Assembly (NCBI GenBank): GCA_002633005.1
Contig: NMRA01000400.1
Span: 282,476-346,475 of the forward strand
DNA length: 64,000 bases
Reading direction: 5' to 3'
From: Phoronis australis
Lineage: Eukaryota > Animalia > Phoronida
Part shown: positions 1 to 12,484 of the stretch, in pieces
How positions within the stretch are numbered: the stretch's first letter is position 1
Layout of the letters: the number at the start of each line of letters is the position of its first letter
Notes under the pieces: generated by a model
Database searches by the model: none
What the model saw: the letters and a program-made list of their open reading frames with translations, nothing else
What the model was told of the DNA's origin: nothing
Made by a program: the position numbers and the translations under genes

Positions 1-1441
1 GTTGTGTAAAATGAAAGTGACACACCATATAAGCTGCGTGTCAATTTTAAACCACACGCGGTCGTTTGTAGTGCGCTATGATGGGCGCTAGCTTGAACTG
101 TGGGCGCTTAATTGGAAATGTTCAAAATTTAAGGGGGGACTTTTAATAGATCAGTGAGCGCTTATTATGAAACACTTTAAAGGTAGGGAGTAGGCTTGTG
201 CGTGAGCATAGTCGTTAACCTCAGTGTTTGCGGTAATAAGATATTAAAACGTTGCAATGGTAAGAAACGTTATAATTATACGATTTTGCGAGGCAAACTC
301 CACTACCAGTAGGGCTTTCTGGATATCGTTACCACCTACATTGTACCCTTTTTAGCGACCCGGAATGATTTTGTTTTTAACTGCCCGCTTCAGCCGGAAC
401 AAGGTTGTTTCTATAGGAGTCTAAACATTTTACGGCGACGGTGGTTCGGGGAGCGAAAAGTTGCCGGGGTGGGGTGTGTATAAAGAGAAGAATGAAATGT
501 TCACTAAGTTGAACCACAATTTCGCATCTAGTGCCAGTTAAGTTGAAATAGCTGGCTACGGGCATAGAATACAGGGTTTACAGAACATCGACCTCGGGAA
601 ACATCGTAACAGGAACTGAAACGTCAGTTCTGGGTTATATCGGTCCCGGGACATCGGGTCTTTTATAACCGCTGGGAATCTGAGTTCAATTTCAAATAAA
701 CAGAGCCAAGACGGTATACTCTTTCATTTAGGACTGTCGCTGTTCTTTTTAAGTGGTGCGCACGCGAGTTCACGCACTCGAATCGCTGGAGTAGGCCTAC
801 ACTTTACGTTGGCAACAACGTGTGAAAGACAAATCATATTTCGTGCACGTAGCCCCAGAAACAAGTAAAGGGTTTGAGAATTTCTTGGCAACTGAAAGTA
901 AAGACGTGACCGTCGTGTGGCGATTAATAAGGTTGTCATTTTCACTTTGGCTGTCTTAATACAATAAAAAGGAGAAGCAAATCTCAGTCTAAGTCAAGAT
1001 TGTCTGCCGGGACTGCGTGCGCGTTAACGGTGCCGCAGTGCGATATCAGGGATATTGTCGTGGATATTTGGTACATGTAATAAGGACATCTTCAGTGAAA
1101 AATAAATATTTTTGTCCACCACAAAGTTTGGTAAGTTGATCGCTTAAGAATTAATAGAAACACCGTTGTTTTGTGAAGTTTTATCACGTGTTAAGCAGTG
1201 GCCCGAAACTTTCTTCGGCGAATCCGGGAATTTACAAAAGTGGCCGAAAGTGTTAGCCAATGAAACGCGTCAAAGATCGATTCTGCATATCCCATGTTCA
1301 CGCGACTTGCTTACAAGTCATCGGGAGGGCTGTTCTCGGTTAGTGTTGTTTTGAATTTGGATTTGGCAACAACCACATAACGGTCTGATTAACAAGAGCT
1401 GCTTTGTATTTGCCAGGTATCTGTTGAGAAGTGTAAAAACT

Positions 1442-2427
1442 CAGCTCGCATTCGTTGGAAATTCCAGGTCGCATTTTGCAACTTGATACGAGCTGACAAA
1501 AATCTAAGCTCGCATTTCCAAATTTCAGGTCGCAAATGCGACCTGCAGCTCGTTATGTCGAGCCCTGCACGTACAGACTGAGAGAAAACGTAAACTCTGC
1601 TATCAAGACATAAAAATGTGACTGACTTAACAAAGACACTTCACTTGGACTGTCTACGTCATAGGAAAAGTTTACTTCTGTGTTAGACTTTTTGTACTTA
1701 GTTGACATTGACATCATTATTGAGTAGCCTAAAACATTTCCCCATACTGTATCAAACACTCTGTAGACATCCATTTCAAAGTCCTTGACTAAGCAAATGG
1801 GTTATGACATATGTGATATGTTTGTAAATAATTCCAACTTTTAAAAATAAAAAGTTGAATACACACAGTTATTTGTTTGCACTACTGTGCATTACTATTA
1901 AAATAAGTGGGTAAAAATAAGGTGCACAAAAAAACTGCACACTTGCTTATGGAGAACATTGACCGCCGCGCGGTTCCGGCACGTTGCAGTTTTTACGCGT
2001 GCGACCTGTTTAGATTTTCAGATGTGGAGAACACAGCTTTTTCAACGGGCATTTTCTCCCTTTTCAAATCGCAAACTTAGCTACTCGAATGCACGTGTCA
2101 GTTAGAGAGCACTAATTCAACTTTCACGTCGGGAACTTGACTTGCGCTCTAGAGACTTTCAATGGCGGTCGTGAAGAAAAGTAACGCCGTACCTGCATAA
2201 ACGAAGTCAGGTATGGGATCTGAAATTTGTGAGTACTTAACGCGGCAGGAAAGAGCATAATCTAAACATTTTCTCGATGATCTAAAATCAAATTTGGCGC
2301 GTAAAAATGGCGGGAAAATTTTGCGACCTGGCATTTATGAATGCGAGCTGGATTTTGGAAATGCGACCTGGGATTCCGGCTAGGTCGCAAAATGCGACCT
2401 GGCGATTTTAATAGCGTCGAGCCCTAC
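1442..2427. mobile_element. Two degraded ends of a TIR non-autonomous element family with (A)GGTCGCA/TGCGACCT subterminal repeats
   Basis: Two clusters, 1442-1567 and ~2320-2427, each carry repeated TGCGACCTG/AGCTCGCA motifs. They end in GTCGAGCCCTG and GTCGAGCCCTA, whose reverse complement (C/T)AGGGCTCGAC is a hAT-like terminus. No left end or TSD was found. Confidence 0.4.
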
Positions 2428-2865
2428 AAACTATTTTTCTTCGACATATAAAGCTAAAACATTTCCATGAAAAGGTCAATCAACATTCAAAAAAATGAAA
2501 ATTGAGGTAAATTCAACAATGTTAAACTCATCTGAAAGGACAACCTGTCTAGTTTCCGAAACAATATTTGAATTTTCTACTTCAGCTTTTTTATCTTTTG
2601 TTACCACGTACAATTTTAGGATCAGCTGCCCACAAAACGTATCCTGATTTTTGCAGAATACAGGTCTTGAATGTATGTAATTAACTTTAAATATATGGAA
2701 TTCTGCAACTGTATTTGATTTTGAGCACTCACATGCAGCACAAACTATCTAAAAACACCGTTTAACACTCTTTTAATTTATTTCCAAGACAAAGTACCAT
2801 CAAGACACAAGATAGACAGAGACAATCATCTCTAGTTGGCCCCAGTAGAGGCAGTGAAGCTCTTG

Positions 2866-3410
2866 TATAAGAGTAGACAGTGACCACCATCCTACTGGCA
2901 TGTAGGATGGCGGAGCTCCTATAGGTGCTTCATAAGCTGGAAGCTTTTCGGCGAATTATGCCTTGCACTGACTGAAACATCAAAGTCACATTGTTATTAA
3001 TACCTTTTGGTCACAAAGAGGCAACTTAGGAGGCCGTTGATGTATTTAATTCCTTCCAACTTGAACAAATACTCCCACTATCAAACTTTTTCTTCGAGCA
3101 GTCCCTCATTGAGTTCCCAAAATCGGTAACTCACCATTCTTAACACTGCGGGCGCCCAGTGGTATGACGTTATATCCCCTGGTGTGTGCAGTGTTTGGAG
3201 TATTTGTTCGATTTGGAAGGAATTAAATACATCGAAGGCCTCCTAAGATGTCCCTCTATGAGCAAAGGGTATTTATAACAACGTAACATTTATGTTTTAG
3301 TCAGTGCAAGATATAATTTGCCGAAAATCTTCCAGTCTATGAAGCGCTTATAGGCGCTTCAGAGTCTCTTCTGCTGAGCCATTAGAGACTGTAGTCACTG
3401 TCTAGTATAG
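2866..3410. mobile_element. Degenerate long inverted-repeat (foldback/MITE-like) element
   Basis: ~2870-3075 (TAGACAGTGAC...CTTCATAAGCTGGAAG...TTAGGAGGCC...GATGTATTTAATTCCTTCCAA...AACAAATACTCC) is an imperfect reverse complement of ~3198-3410. Weaker symmetry extends to ~2755/3570. A related single arm lies at ~5180-5460. Confidence 0.65.
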
Positions 3411-3662
3411 AAGCAACTGAATGAAAGACTACTTCAAGAAAATTTTTTATTACAGTGGTATTTGTTCGAGAAATTAAGAAGTGTTTTAGTCAGTGTGAGG
3501 CATAATTTGGCGAAAAGCTTCTGGCATACGAAGTTACTGGGGCCAGCTAGAGACAGTGGTTACTGACACTGCCTGGAATAGAGGCTAGACACAACAGTCA
3601 ACAGAATGTAGGAATTTCTAATAAACTCAACTGCTCAAGCCAGTAAAATCCCAACATTCTAC

Positions 3663-4330
3663 CACAGGCGTCCTCAGCTTCTGATCGTCCCCAATACACT
3701 ACATATAATACTACAAGGTATGACACTTCGGACTTGAAATTCCACGGGTGCTTCACTTCAGCCGTCCATAGCAAACATAAAACTCAATAAATTTACACAA
3801 AACAGGGGTTCAACAAACCATGAAGAATTGTTCTTTCTCCCAATACCATTCACGGTGTCCTGTTACGGCGACTTCGTAATAAATTCGCAGTCAAAGAACA
3901 AAAATGTTCACAAAAAGCCCCCACACACGTTCTCCCTAGGCCCGTCGAGGTCAAGGACGGTACGGAAATTGCCGCTTGGTCGCGTAAAGTCACGATGTCG
4001 CTACTTCCGTAACTCACCGGCAATTTCCGTAACCGTCCTTGACCTCGACGGGCCTAGGGAGAACGTGTGTGGGGGCTTTTTGTGAACATTTTTGTTCTTT
4101 GACTGCGAATTTATTACGAAGTCGCCGTAACAGGACACCGTGAATGGTATTGGGAGAAAGAACAATTCTTCATGGTTTGTTGAACCCCTGTTTTGTGCAA
4201 ATTTATTGAGTTTTATGTTTGCTATGGACGGCTGAAGTGAAGCACCCGTGGAATTTCAAGTCCGAAGTGTCATACCTTGTAGTATTATATGTAGTGTATT
4301 GGGGACGATCAGAAGCTGAGGACGCCTGTG
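3663..4330. mobile_element. Young non-autonomous foldback DNA transposon with ~312-bp TIRs and an 8-bp TSD (P-superfamily-like or hAT-like termini)
   Basis: Arms 3663-3974 and 4018-4330 are near-perfect reverse complements around a 43-nt spacer. Termini are CACAGGCGTCCTCAGC...GCTGAGGACGCCTGTG. The direct repeat CATTCTAC flanks both sides (3655-3662 and 4331-4338). Confidence 0.92.
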
Positions 4331-4500
4331 CATTCTACGAATACATTACACAGTGAAATTCTCCCGATTTGAAAAAATGGTTCTGGTAAAAAATAAAAAT
4401 AACAATAAACCCCTGTGTCATTCTTTAACACTGTAATTCACACGTGACGATGACAGTGCGACTTGTCACTTAGCAAAACCACGGTGGAATTTCTAGTCGA

Positions 4501-4527
4501 GGATGATCAGAAGCTGAGGACGCCTGT
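4501..4527. mobile_element. Solo terminal fragment of the same CACAGG-TIR family
   Basis: GGATGATCAGAAGCTGAGGACGCCTGT matches the right TIR at 4303-4329. Confidence 0.7.
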
Positions 4528-5179
4528 AAGCTTTGAGCAAAACTTGCGTTACGTAATCACAAGAGCTTGACTGAAAGTTGACACGTTAAGTTTAACCAGA
4601 AAATGGCAATACAATGAACATAACAGTTTGCCTACTGGCGTCACAGAAACTTCATTAAGTTGACTTACCACGTGGACTGGGACAAAACATAGCCATATTT
4701 GTATTTTCGCGATCACTTCATGTCTACTCATCATACGGAAGTAGAATTTGGTAGGTCAATCGTATTGATAATTAATATTAGCTATTTCAATTTACGCCTA
4801 ACTCATGTCTATATAAGGAAGTTTATCGATACTATTGATGAAAATTGTAAAATTTTTCATTAGAATTGCACAAATACATCTGTTAAATTCATATTACAAC
4901 AGAAAACTACGGCATTATTATGATTGACTTGAACTTGCAGCCGGCAGGTGTCGCGAATGTGCACCTTGCAGGGGAAAGGACGTTCAAGTCAAATGACTGA
5001 GTTGCTACAGATTACACTACTAAAGTGTTGAGGTTAAAATTTCACATTTTAATTGCTGGAATTTACAAAAGCGTAGATTTAGTTAGACAGCCGACATAGT
5101 CGACAGTATGCCAATGGCAATGTCGGTCCACGTACACAGTCACACTCACGCTCAACTTCAAGTCACAAACACACCTCCG

Positions 5180-5460
5180 GTGAAGCTCCTAGTCCTATAC
5201 TTTTACTTTTAGATAGGCACTTCATACGCTGGGACGCCAGTGGAAGCTTTTCGGTTAATCATACATTGATAAAAACATCAAAGTCACCTATTAAGTACCG
5301 TTTGCACATAGCCATAGAGGGGACACCTTAGGAGGACAATGTCTTTAATTCCTTCCAACTGGAAAAAATACTCCTGTGGCTGTGATTAAATTTTCTCGAC
5401 CATTTTAACAGTGCACGTGTTATATGAAATGATATCTCCTGGCGCACACAAGTGTTAATA
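5180..5460 (+). repeat. Diverged copy of one arm of the 2866-3410 element
   Basis: It shares GGAAGCTTTTCGG, AAACATCAAAGTCAC, TTAGGAGG and TTTAATTCCTTCCAACT...AAATACTCC with 2939-3075, in the same order. Confidence 0.6.
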
Positions 5461-6328
5461 ATGTCTAGTTGCCGATTTGGGCTACTGTACAAAGTACAGA
5501 TCGAAAATAGTCTATTGAAACATATTGTATTGAATAGGTATGGTATGAAAAGGTATAGATTTATTAACACTAGTCACTACTCACAGTTCTCCACAAGTCA
5601 AAAAAGAACCAAGAGACTGTTCTGATTACGACTCGTGGGATGCATTGCTTGAAAAACCTGTTGTTGGGTAGAAAATTTCTCATGGAAACCAGTTCTAAAA
5701 CCAGTTCTGTGACTGTTTGGGATACCGTAGTAAAGTTTTTTAGCATGGCACCAAGGAGCGTATTTACTAAGTGCATCGTAAAACATTTCTATTGACTCGG
5801 TGAGGAGAAAGTTGTCAGATTATCTGTGTGCCTATTTGTTGCTTCTTCGATGTAGAGCCATTCAGTATTTTCATACCATTTATGGATGTATAGTCAAATG
5901 TCATTGGTTGGAGTTCAGGTTAGGTTTTAAGTGTTCGGCCCATGATAAGAGATTGCTCTCTCCTCCTGTTTACGAGATCCATGTGAGACTGTTACATTAT
6001 TGTAAAGAATGTCATAAAGTTGAAAGCTGAGAAGCAACAGAAGATGCCATTGGTAAAATAAACTTTATATGGTAAAACGTCACTAATTGCAAACATAAAT
6101 ATTTTTTAAAACTCCTAATACTGATGTGAAAGCCCAATCTTTAATCACTTTCTGATGGTTGTTGTAGTATAGATCTTTATAAATTAGCATGTAGCACTTA
6201 TTTTGTGCAGCTTGTGGAAAAATGAAAAAATAAAATTGTATTTGTCCGCCGTATTGTGTCCTAAATTGATAAGATTGCACCGTAAGTTTGGAAAAAAAAT
6301 TGATAATATGTATTTTGTCTTGTGCAGG

Positions 6329-8060
6329 ATGGACATCTCATTTTCTTGCTGTGTTTGCGGTTTGCAAATTAACAAGTTGAAAAGGTGCACGAGATGCAAG
6401 CGAGTGTACTACTGGTAAGACTCTTCGTTATGTGCGGTCATTCCCCCTCATTTTGAACAAAAAGTATTGTCAAAATTGCCATGTTCCACTTTTCTAAGGC
6501 TGATTACATTACTGCAAATAACTGTTTGATGGGATCTGCACAGCACAAACCATATTGGTAATAGACTAAAATTTTCAGTTTTTATTTTTGTAGAGAAATT
6601 TGATGAATTAGAATTCCACTCGTCAGCTATATTGTGTGCTAAATAAGAGCACAGGCATCCTCAGCTTCTGATCGTCCCCATAGTGTATTGGGGACGATCA
6701 CAAGCTGAGGACTTATGTGAATAAGAGAATTTCTAGAATACTTATTTCTGCAAATTTCAAGCTGCATTCCGTCATCGTTAGCTGGCAATTAAAACAAAAA
6801 TGTAATTGGGCCTTATATTGTAGTAAAAGTGGTGGCATAATAGTTCTTATCCTGATATTATACTTTACCAACAAGAACATCGCAACCATCCACTACTGAA
6901 AAAAATGCTTCGGATTTTATTGGAGTTGGCAAATCTTAGAACTGAGATTCAAATATGATATAGTATTATGAGACCGAGTGAAAGACTTAGTTTGATGTTT
7001 GTTTTTAGTCATCTAAACGCTTGCAAAATGTAGCTTTTATGTGACATTCTGAGTATGTCAGTTTTTGATAACTTTTGGAAAACAAAGAATTCATTGACTG
7101 CCCAACACAGACAGGGAATCTAGCCAAGTTTAGGCACTGCGTTTGTCAGTCAGGGCATGAGTTTTGGAAAGTGTATATCGTATTGTGTGAGTTTGGCACT
7201 GTTTTCAACAGTGGGAGAGCTGTGTTTGTGAGCTTGGGCATGAGTCCATGAGTACCCCTGTATTCAATGCTTTGTAGTGCTTTCTGCTCCAGTTATTATA
7301 CATTAAATTTTTGAAACAAATATTTTAAAAAGTTTGTGAGTCAGCAAACTAAGTCGATTGAATCCAAGAGCCATGTTTAGAAGTGATGAACCATGTTTGG
7401 ATTTGTTGCAGTTATGGAAGCCAAAAACGGTCATTAACCTTCGATTTCTTATTTTTCAGTTCTCGAGAATGTCAAGTGAAAGACTGGTCAACCCACAGAC
7501 AAAGTTGTAAGTCACCTGCCAGCAGGGGGCATGCTGATAGTTTACACAGTAGTAGTGAAACTCTGGTATTCAGCAAACGGAATTGCATTGACGAAAAACA
7601 TTGTGAACTCGTGCCTAAAAATGTAAATGTTTCAAAGGATGGAAAATCATACTTATACAAAAATGAGCGCAGGTTTGACGTACCTATTTTGGATGAAAGT
7701 GAAAGTTATTGCATGGTGACTTTGAAGTTTAACAGGACCAAAGAAAAAGTTTTCTTTCAAAACAAGTGGACTGGGGAAGACATTTGGAAGGTTATAGCGT
7801 GCGTGTCAAATATCCCGTACGAAAAGTTGACTGTAATTCAAAAAGGGAGGAAATTGTCAGCAGAAACGGTTAAAGAAGATGTACGAGACAAAGCTGTTTT
7901 GCTTGTATTAGGAGAAATGGCAGAAGACGAAACTGGTGTTGATTCTGAGGAGGTGCAGATTTTGATGAAGCAAATGTCTGTGGACAGAAACGATGCCATA
8001 AAAGCCATGAAGAAGTGTGGAAATCTTATAGATGCTATCTTGGATATTGGTTCTAAATGA
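6329..8060 (+). CDS. MYND zinc finger protein with predicted ubiquitin-like domain and C-terminal NAC/HYPK-type UBA; 228 aa; exons 6329-6414 and 7460-8060
   Basis: An ATG follows a TGCAG acceptor. A GTAAGA donor at 6415 and a TTTTCAG acceptor ending at 7459 join in phase 2 and rebuild a full MYND motif, CCVC...[28 protein letters not shown]. The downstream segment VTLKFN...IACVSNIPYEKLTVIQKGRKL...LLVLG resembles a Ubl fold. The end, VDSEEVQILMKQMSVDRNDAIKAMKKCGNLIDAILDI, resembles a NAC-type UBA. Confidence 0.88.
6650..6719. mobile_element. 70-bp minimal element of the CACAGG-TIR family in the MYND-gene intron
   Basis: CACAGGCATCCTCAGCTTCTGATCGTCCCCA...TGGGGACGATCACAAGCTGAGGACTTATGTG is flanked by the 8-bp TSD AATAAGAG (6642-6649 and 6720-6727). 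Confidence 0.88.
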
Positions 8061-9595
8061 TGAAATGCACGGATTGCGTGGCTGATTTTAACTGATGCTG
8101 ATTCGGTTTTTCTGCTGTAGGGTCTAGAGACTCTGGTATTCTGTCTTCTTACACAAAATTATGTTGTTTATGGCATTTCGAAAATTAGCAAATTCGGAAA
8201 AATCTCACTGCATTGAATACATATTAAAGAACACTTCCTTTCTGCTAGTAATACCCTGTTGCCATCTTGCGACAAGGCATAGTGAATTATGTTGCTGTTA
8301 TATCAACTAATGGTTATTGATAGGAACTTCTGCTGGGTTTTTCTATAGTACAATTTCGGGCAAGCATTATTGCCTAAAATTGTCTTTTCTCACGTTGTGA
8401 ATGGTCAAATCTTTTTGAAACCTCTGATAGTAGTTATGGTATAGAGGTTGAACATGGAAAAGTATTAACTGGGTGTGACATGCCTTTAATGGAAAAATAA
8501 TAGTTTAAAATTTCACTTTTTGGATATATTGCACATTCTAAATTGGGGAAATGTTACAGTAAGTAAGTCTGACTTGCATCCTTTGTGAAAATTCATTCGT
8601 TGCCTCTTTGTAGTCTACTGTCGGAGTTTCCAAACTTTTATGCCTTGTAACCCAGCTGAGAACACCACGGGTTTCTAGTAAAACCATTCCCTCAACGGTT
8701 GCTGAGCTTAGTTTTCAGCATATTTGTGAAAGCATTTCTTGACATTGAAAAGGCATCGGTTATAAACTGGTCTGCAGTTATGGAGTTTCAGCATCCATGA
8801 TGCTCGTTATAATCACTGAAACTCAAAAACAGCATGACACTGATGGAGTGTTTAATGAAATATTGCTTCATGGTTATGGTTTTTGATTTTTAAGCGGACA
8901 AAACTGAATCTCAAATGCGTTTGGAGAGCCTGGTTGATGAAGTGTAAAATGAATTAGCCACATCCAGGCAGTAGACTCATTTCCTCTTTGATCTCCTTTT
9001 ATTGATTTCAAATGACAAATCTTGTACCTAAGTCGAAAAGCAATGCATATATTGCCATTTTAATTGTGAGTATATTATTGGGAATTGTCCGAATTTCATC
9101 AATGTCTTTGAGAGTTATTTTAGTGTCTAAGTCTAAGTGTACTTTACTATTTGGGGATCGGATTATAGATTTTTTTCCTACTTCAGACTGCAATTAAGTT
9201 CACTGATGCATCATTAATTCTTACAAAATTAGCTTCTAATTGTTAAAAGTCATCTATGAATGTATCGATTTTCGTAGATACATAAACAAAACAAATCACT
9301 AACTAACCAATTTGTTTATCGAAAGGGAATGTTATAAGCAATTTCTGCAGGCATGCTCGCAGATCCTTGACGGCTAACGGGGGGGGGGGGGGGGAANACA
9401 TGGGAGATTGGGCACTCCTATTAAGGTGTATATTTTTGCCTATCTCACAGGTACCTATAACTGTTCACAAGGTAAACTTTAAAATTCACTGGTAAGTAAA
9501 CAAAGACATATTGTTCAATAGGTTGAATCATGCTGAGGCTATCTCAATAGAAACATTGGTTCATTTGAGCTCCAACTGTTTTGATTTCTGTACCT

Positions 9596-10012
9596 GGTTG
9601 CATAAAACAGTCCCAAATAGGGACTCGGCTAAGTTCCTACTGCATATTTGTGGGCTTGTGATAGCACTGTCTGTCCTATCCCATGCTGCTTTAGTATCAT
9701 CACTATGCCAATTTTTGGCTTTGTTACAAATCCAGAATGACCTTTTGATTGAATTCTCAATATTCTTGAAAGTAAGCTGGGATCTTTTCATGCAACGCCC
9801 ACAATTTAAGGACTATGTCCCTAATTATTTTGACTGAATTAATTGCTCAGTTTTTTGTTGTATTATTAGAAAATGTCATTAGTCAAGGAAGAGCTGGTAA
9901 TAAAGATAAAATTGTAGAAAAAATATCACGTCTATGCCTAGAGAACGAAACAAATACCAAAAAGATTTGAGGAACTTAGTTGAGTCCTTATTTGGGACTG
10001 TTTCATGCAACC
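9596..10012. mobile_element. MITE-like element with ~43-bp TIRs (PIF/Harbinger-like)
   Basis: GGTTGCATAAAACAGTCCCAAATAGGGACTCGGCTAAGTTCCT (9596-9638) is an imperfect reverse complement of AGGAACTTAGTTGAGTCCTTATTTGGGACTGTTTCATGCAACC (9970-10012). An extra TIR-like end, TTTCATGCAACGCCC, sits at ~9786-9800. Confidence 0.6.
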
Positions 10013-11899
10013 TCACTCTGGTCTCTCCCCTCGCAATGCATTTTATCGTGCACGTGTACAGTCTGTTCTCTACCTGTGTCACCTGATTGAATAATGTGAA
10101 CTTTTGTCTTGAGAATGGTTTATAGTGAATAAACGGAAACGTCAGATCAATATGTCTTCGTTTACTTACGCGCTAATTTTAAAGTTTGTGCTCAGGTTTT
10201 GGCCAGAAACAAATGTGATCAAACTTGAACTCCATTGACAAAAAACGCTGAAATCTTTGTTTATGATTGCGAGAGTTTTTGGAGTACCCCATTTCGACAT
10301 GTACACGGTCATCATAAATAGTAGCCTAGACAGCAGTGTTTTCCACATGTGGGAATTCCTTATAGTCAACTCCTAGTAACCATCTTCAAAGAGATACTAT
10401 TCTTGTGATACTATGGGAAACAATAACATTATTTTATAACTTACCATCGGAAATAGTCGTTTTGTGTAATTCACAGTGATCTTGTTCTTCAAAAGTCCAC
10501 CATTTCTATTTTTCACGTTTTTGGGTTGTTTGGGTCGAATATCTTGATGCTGCTGTGCTGTGCACGAGTTTTTTTTTTTTTTTTTTTTTTTGATGAATTT
10601 GGAAACTCGGCTTCCATCGTGAATACTTGGCAGTCTGGGATTTACATGTAGAGAGGGACGAAGCGACATTTCCCCTGAAATGCTCCACCGAGAGAGGGTC
10701 CCGTGTGAAATGGGACTCCTTGAGATAAAAGGCTAAACATGATTAAGTTTGGAAAAGAGATACAGTTCATTCTACCGTCGTGTGCTAGACGGTGTAGGAA
10801 GTGACCTTCTTCAACATGAAAGCCGGTCGCACGACAGGAAAATAAAGGATAATCGATTCCAACATTGGTCCCTCTATCCGTGAGCGGCCTCTTAAGAATT
10901 TGTAAATAAAAACACACAAAGGGTGGTCCCTTGAATGTCATCAATGGTCTCCTTCAAGGACGGGGCCCCTAAATAAGAAAATTCAAAAATCAGGAAATAC
11001 GCAGCAATTGACGTTATCTGTCAGGTCATCAATTTTTCTCAAGTGATATACAATTTCGAGAAAAAAATAGTAAAGCTACAGTTGTCTCCGTTATCCCTTG
11101 CCAGAGATTGCCCTCTGGAAAAACAAAGTTCCGTATTCGCAAAATTGACTTATTGAAATAAAAAAATCCAGTAAATTAATACGTTCCGCAAAGGTTTCGC
11201 TTTACAAATTTTCTCCATATTTCGAAATATGTATGAATGATTACGTGCTTGTTTTCAAGTGCGTTTAGACCACCTGTGATGCAAAAGCGGAGACCCTAAC
11301 AACAATGTCCTGGCCAGGGTCCTCTAAAGGTAATGCACCGATACAGAGTTGTAGTAAATGTCCTCTTGAATTTTCTCTCTTATCCGTATTTCGCAGTCTT
11401 TCTATTCTCGACTGTCCCCGGACCCACGCCTATGTCAGTTGCCACGGTTTAACCCTTATGCACGTGTCTCCCGCCCCTCCCCCAGCTTCCTACGGCCCGG
11501 TTAGGCTAGGGTAGCCTTGTAATCGGCGTACAAGGCGGAGCTTTATAAATATCTGAGAGTTTCCAGTCCCTTTCATTATTAATAGCCCTAGCTAAATATA
11601 CAGCTTTTTCTCGATAAAATCTGACACAAAATTAGTGCCATTAAAAACTACACTGTTCCCTGAGAGAACTAAATTATTTACCGATGTTGGAAAAACTTGC
11701 GTTTCCGCAATTATTCTGTGGTACGGGTACGATCTTTTGCGTTGGCTTTCGGCGCCGTGAAATATTGCGTCACCTATTGGTCAGTTTCTTTTTTCGCCGA
11801 TTCTTCAATCAACTGTTGTTCTTTCAGGCGAGGTTGCATGACGGTCGCAGGGGCGGATCCAAGCACTCTGCATAGGTAAAAAATGAAAACATTTTGTGA

Positions 11900-12290
11900 A
11901 ACCCCCTCCATTGGAAATTGCCAAATACCTTGTGAACCGAAAGTTAAACTTCTAAGAATAGCAATTGATACCGATCTAATTTTTGACTCCCACTTATTCG
12001 GACATTTGCAGAAACGCCTCACAGCAAATAAACGTCCTAAGAAGAATTGGACACCGCCATTTTTCACTCCTTCACCTTTTCAAATTTCAACTACTGTCCT
12101 CTCATGGCATCAGTTTTTGCTCGAAAGAAAATACCGTCAAACTAGAAAAACTTAGATCCCTCCGTTTTGTTTACAACGAAGACGTCAGCACGCGCGATCA
12201 AGTACCGGTACTCTCACTAGCTATAACAAAACACCCCTTCATCTATACAGACTTAGACTTATTGCAACAGAAGTATTTAAAATCCTTGAA
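11900..12290 (+). mobile_element. Degraded LINE (CR1/L2-group) reverse transcriptase C-terminal fragment
   Basis: The frameshifted peptides VKLLRIAIDTDLIFDSH, ICRNASQQINVLRRI and FCSKENTVKLEKLRSLRFVYN resemble the K.LG..ID..L.F..HI..IC.KA...LN.L.R region of LINE ORF2. Confidence 0.6.
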
Positions 12291-12484
12291 AGGGCCTTCT
12301 GAGCGGCTTTTACCAGGATCTAAGAGAGTGCGGCGCCGGTGTCGGATGCCACTGTATTGACCGCATTATCCTGCGCAAGCACGGCCCATAAGATGTCGTA
12401 AGCATTACTGCCTGTACATAATGGCAAATTTTCAAAATGCATTAATCAACAATTTTCGTTAAAAACGAATACTACGGCGGTACT

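Noticed and set aside
3828-4085. 85-aa ORF inside the palindrome as a transposase or THAP fragment
   Set aside because: It has no recognisable THAP C2CH or DDE motifs and simply crosses the symmetric centre.
4349-4390. CACAGTG heptamer as a RAG/Transib recombination signal
   Set aside because: There is no ACAAAAACC-like nonamer at 12- or 23-bp spacing, and the neighbouring element has an 8-bp rather than 5-bp TSD.
8300-9250. Possible ancient LINE RT remnant on the minus strand
   Set aside because: There are only faint motif echoes with many stops, which cannot be supported without a profile search.
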